Positions 62,190 to 64,000 of a DNA stretch of 64,000 nt are shown piece after piece. The DNA is from Octopus sinensis (Eukaryota), in the NCBI RefSeq assembly GCF_006345805.1, contig NC_043000.1:79174001-79238000 (forward strand). Direction: 5' to 3'. Below the pieces are notes generated by a model. It was not told where the DNA came from. It saw only the letters and a program-made list of their open reading frames with translations, and searched no databases. The translations under genes were made by a program, and so were the position numbers. Position 1 is the first letter of the stretch; each line of letters starts with the position of its first letter.

Positions 62190-63169
62190 ATATGTAACTC
62201 AACAGAGTGTAAGTACATTGAGAGAGAAGTTGAACCTAAGAAGCATCAGTTGTGGCGTGCAAGAGAGACGATTGCGCCGGTATGGTCATGTAGCAAGAAT
62301 GGATGAAGACAGCTGTGTGAAAAAGTGCCACAACCTAGCGGTTGAGGGAACCTGTGAAAAAGGTAGACCCAGGAAGACCTGGGACGAGGTAGTGAAGCAT
62401 GATGTTCGAACATTCGGCCTCACTGAGGCAATGACTAGTGACTGAGACTTTTGGAAATATGCTGTACTTGAGAAGAATCGGCAAGACAAGTGAGACCATA
62501 ACCCATGATCTTTACTAGGATGTACCCAGCCCACTTATGCATATCTTTCCTTCTTTGGACACAAAACTCTGCTTGCGAAGACCTGTTGAGGTAATCGAAA
62601 TCGAAATCGAACCAAATTCGTTGACTGGCACCCATGCCAACCTCCTTTCACTGAACACTAAACTCTACTTGCGAAGACCTGTTGGGGCAAGTAAAACCAA
62701 AATTGAACCAAATTCGATGACTGGCACCCATGCCAGTGGAGCACTAACAGCTCCATCCAAGCGGGATCACTGCCAGAGCAGCTGTCTGGCACGTAAAGAG
62801 CATCATTTGAGTGTGATCGTTGTCAGCGTTGCCTCACTGGCACTTGTGCCAGTGGCACATGAACAAAACATTTGAGCGAGGTCATTGCCAGTGCTGCTGG
62901 ACTGACTCCTGTGCAGATGGCATGTAAAAAACACCATTTTTGAGCATGGCCGTTGCCAGTACCACCAGACTGGCCCTTGTGCCGGTAGCACTTTAAAAGC
63001 ACCCACTACACTCTCGGAGTAGTTGGTGCTAGGAAGGGCATCAAGCTGTAGAAACTCTGCCAGATCAGATTGGAGCCTGGCACAGCCATCTGGTTCGCCA
63101 GTCCTCAGTCAAATCTTCCAACCCATGCTTGCGTGGAAAGCAGACGTTAAACAATGATGATGATGATGA
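62190..63169 (+). mobile_element. RTE LINE 3' fragment
   Basis: RRLRRYGHVARMDEDSCVKKC..GRPRKTWDEVVK; 3' UTR with a duplicated unit of about 85 bp; (GAT)n tail. Confidence 0.88.
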
Positions 63170-63397
63170 TGTAATATAATATGTGACAATTATTCAGTTG
63201 TCATAATAAAAGTCTAAGTTTCAGATGTCAGGGCAGAAATTTGCTCCGGCATCTCGTCAGTTATTAAGACAATACAAAAATGCCCATTTTTTTATTGTCT
63301 TAATAACTGACGAGATGCCGGAGCAAATTTCTGCCCTGACATCTGAAACTTAGACTTTTATTATGACAACTGAATAATTGTCACATATTATATTACA
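63170..63397. repeat. 228-bp near-perfect palindrome containing a hammerhead-like core
   Basis: Positions i and 126567-i are complementary throughout except 63275/63292; 2-nt centre (63283-63284). The right arm reads CTGACGA-GATG..CATC-T-GAAAC at 63307-63349. Confidence 0.95.
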
Positions 63398-63528
63398 CAT
63401 AAATTCCTCTATTTACAAAATATCGAGGTCTCATTCACTCTTTTGTTGTCATACCATTACTATTAATATATATATGTATGTGTGTGTGTGTGTGTGTCTA
63501 TGTATATATGTATATATATATATATGTA

Positions 63529-63593
<65 letters not shown>

Positions 63594-63596
63594 TTT

Positions 63597-63955
63597 GTTT
63601 GTTTCAGTCATTAGACTGTGGTCATGCTCAAGCACTTCCTTGAAGAATTTTAGTCAAATGAATCAAACCCAGTACTTTTTTTTAAAGCTTGGTACTTCTT
63701 TCTGAACAGCTAAGTTGCGAGATATAAATACACCAACACCAGTTGTCAAGTGGTGGTGGGGGACAAACACAAACACAATGACACACACATAAAAAGACAA
63801 ACACACACATACAACAGGCTCCTTTCAGTTTCTGTCTATCAAATCCATTTACAAGGTTTTGATTGGCTCTAGGTTATAGTAGAAGACACTTGACTAAGAT
63901 ACTTCACATGTGGGACTGAACTTGGAACCATGTGGTTGGGAAGCAATTTCTAACC
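63597..63955 (-). mobile_element. SINE family A
   Basis: Reverse copy, diverged. Confidence 0.82.
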
Positions 63956-64000
63956 TAGAACCAAGGAATTTCAACATCAACAACAGGGTAATTTTGTTTG

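Overview
AT-rich, repeat-dense eukaryotic DNA. The SINE/RTE/Penelope repeat content and microsatellite load look like an octopod (Octopus) genome; this is an inference, no database was searched. The main feature is a previously unlabelled multi-exon ADAMTS-family metalloprotease gene on the minus strand. I reconstructed 12 coding exons by hand (59760 down to 11326), all with GT-AG boundaries and consistent intron phases. They encode about 478 aa: catalytic C-half (LGMSHSD, HGIMG Met-turn, WSICS), disintegrin-like domain, TSP1, 10-Cys cysteine-rich domain and spacer, apparently ending there. The HExxH exon and prodomain lie upstream of what I could find. About 97% of the gene span is intron. 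It is filled with R4/Dong-like REL retrotransposons chained through (AAT)n tracts, RTE, CR1 and BovB-like LINE fragments, Penelope-like elements (PLE), mariner, MULE, hAT and Chapaev-like DNA transposons, and at least three tRNA-type SINE families. The most unusual signal is four sequence-unrelated fold-back (inverted-repeat or palindromic) elements that each carry a type-I hammerhead ribozyme motif. One is a U3-A8 compensatory core variant. Most ORFs in the supplied track are microsatellite artefacts.
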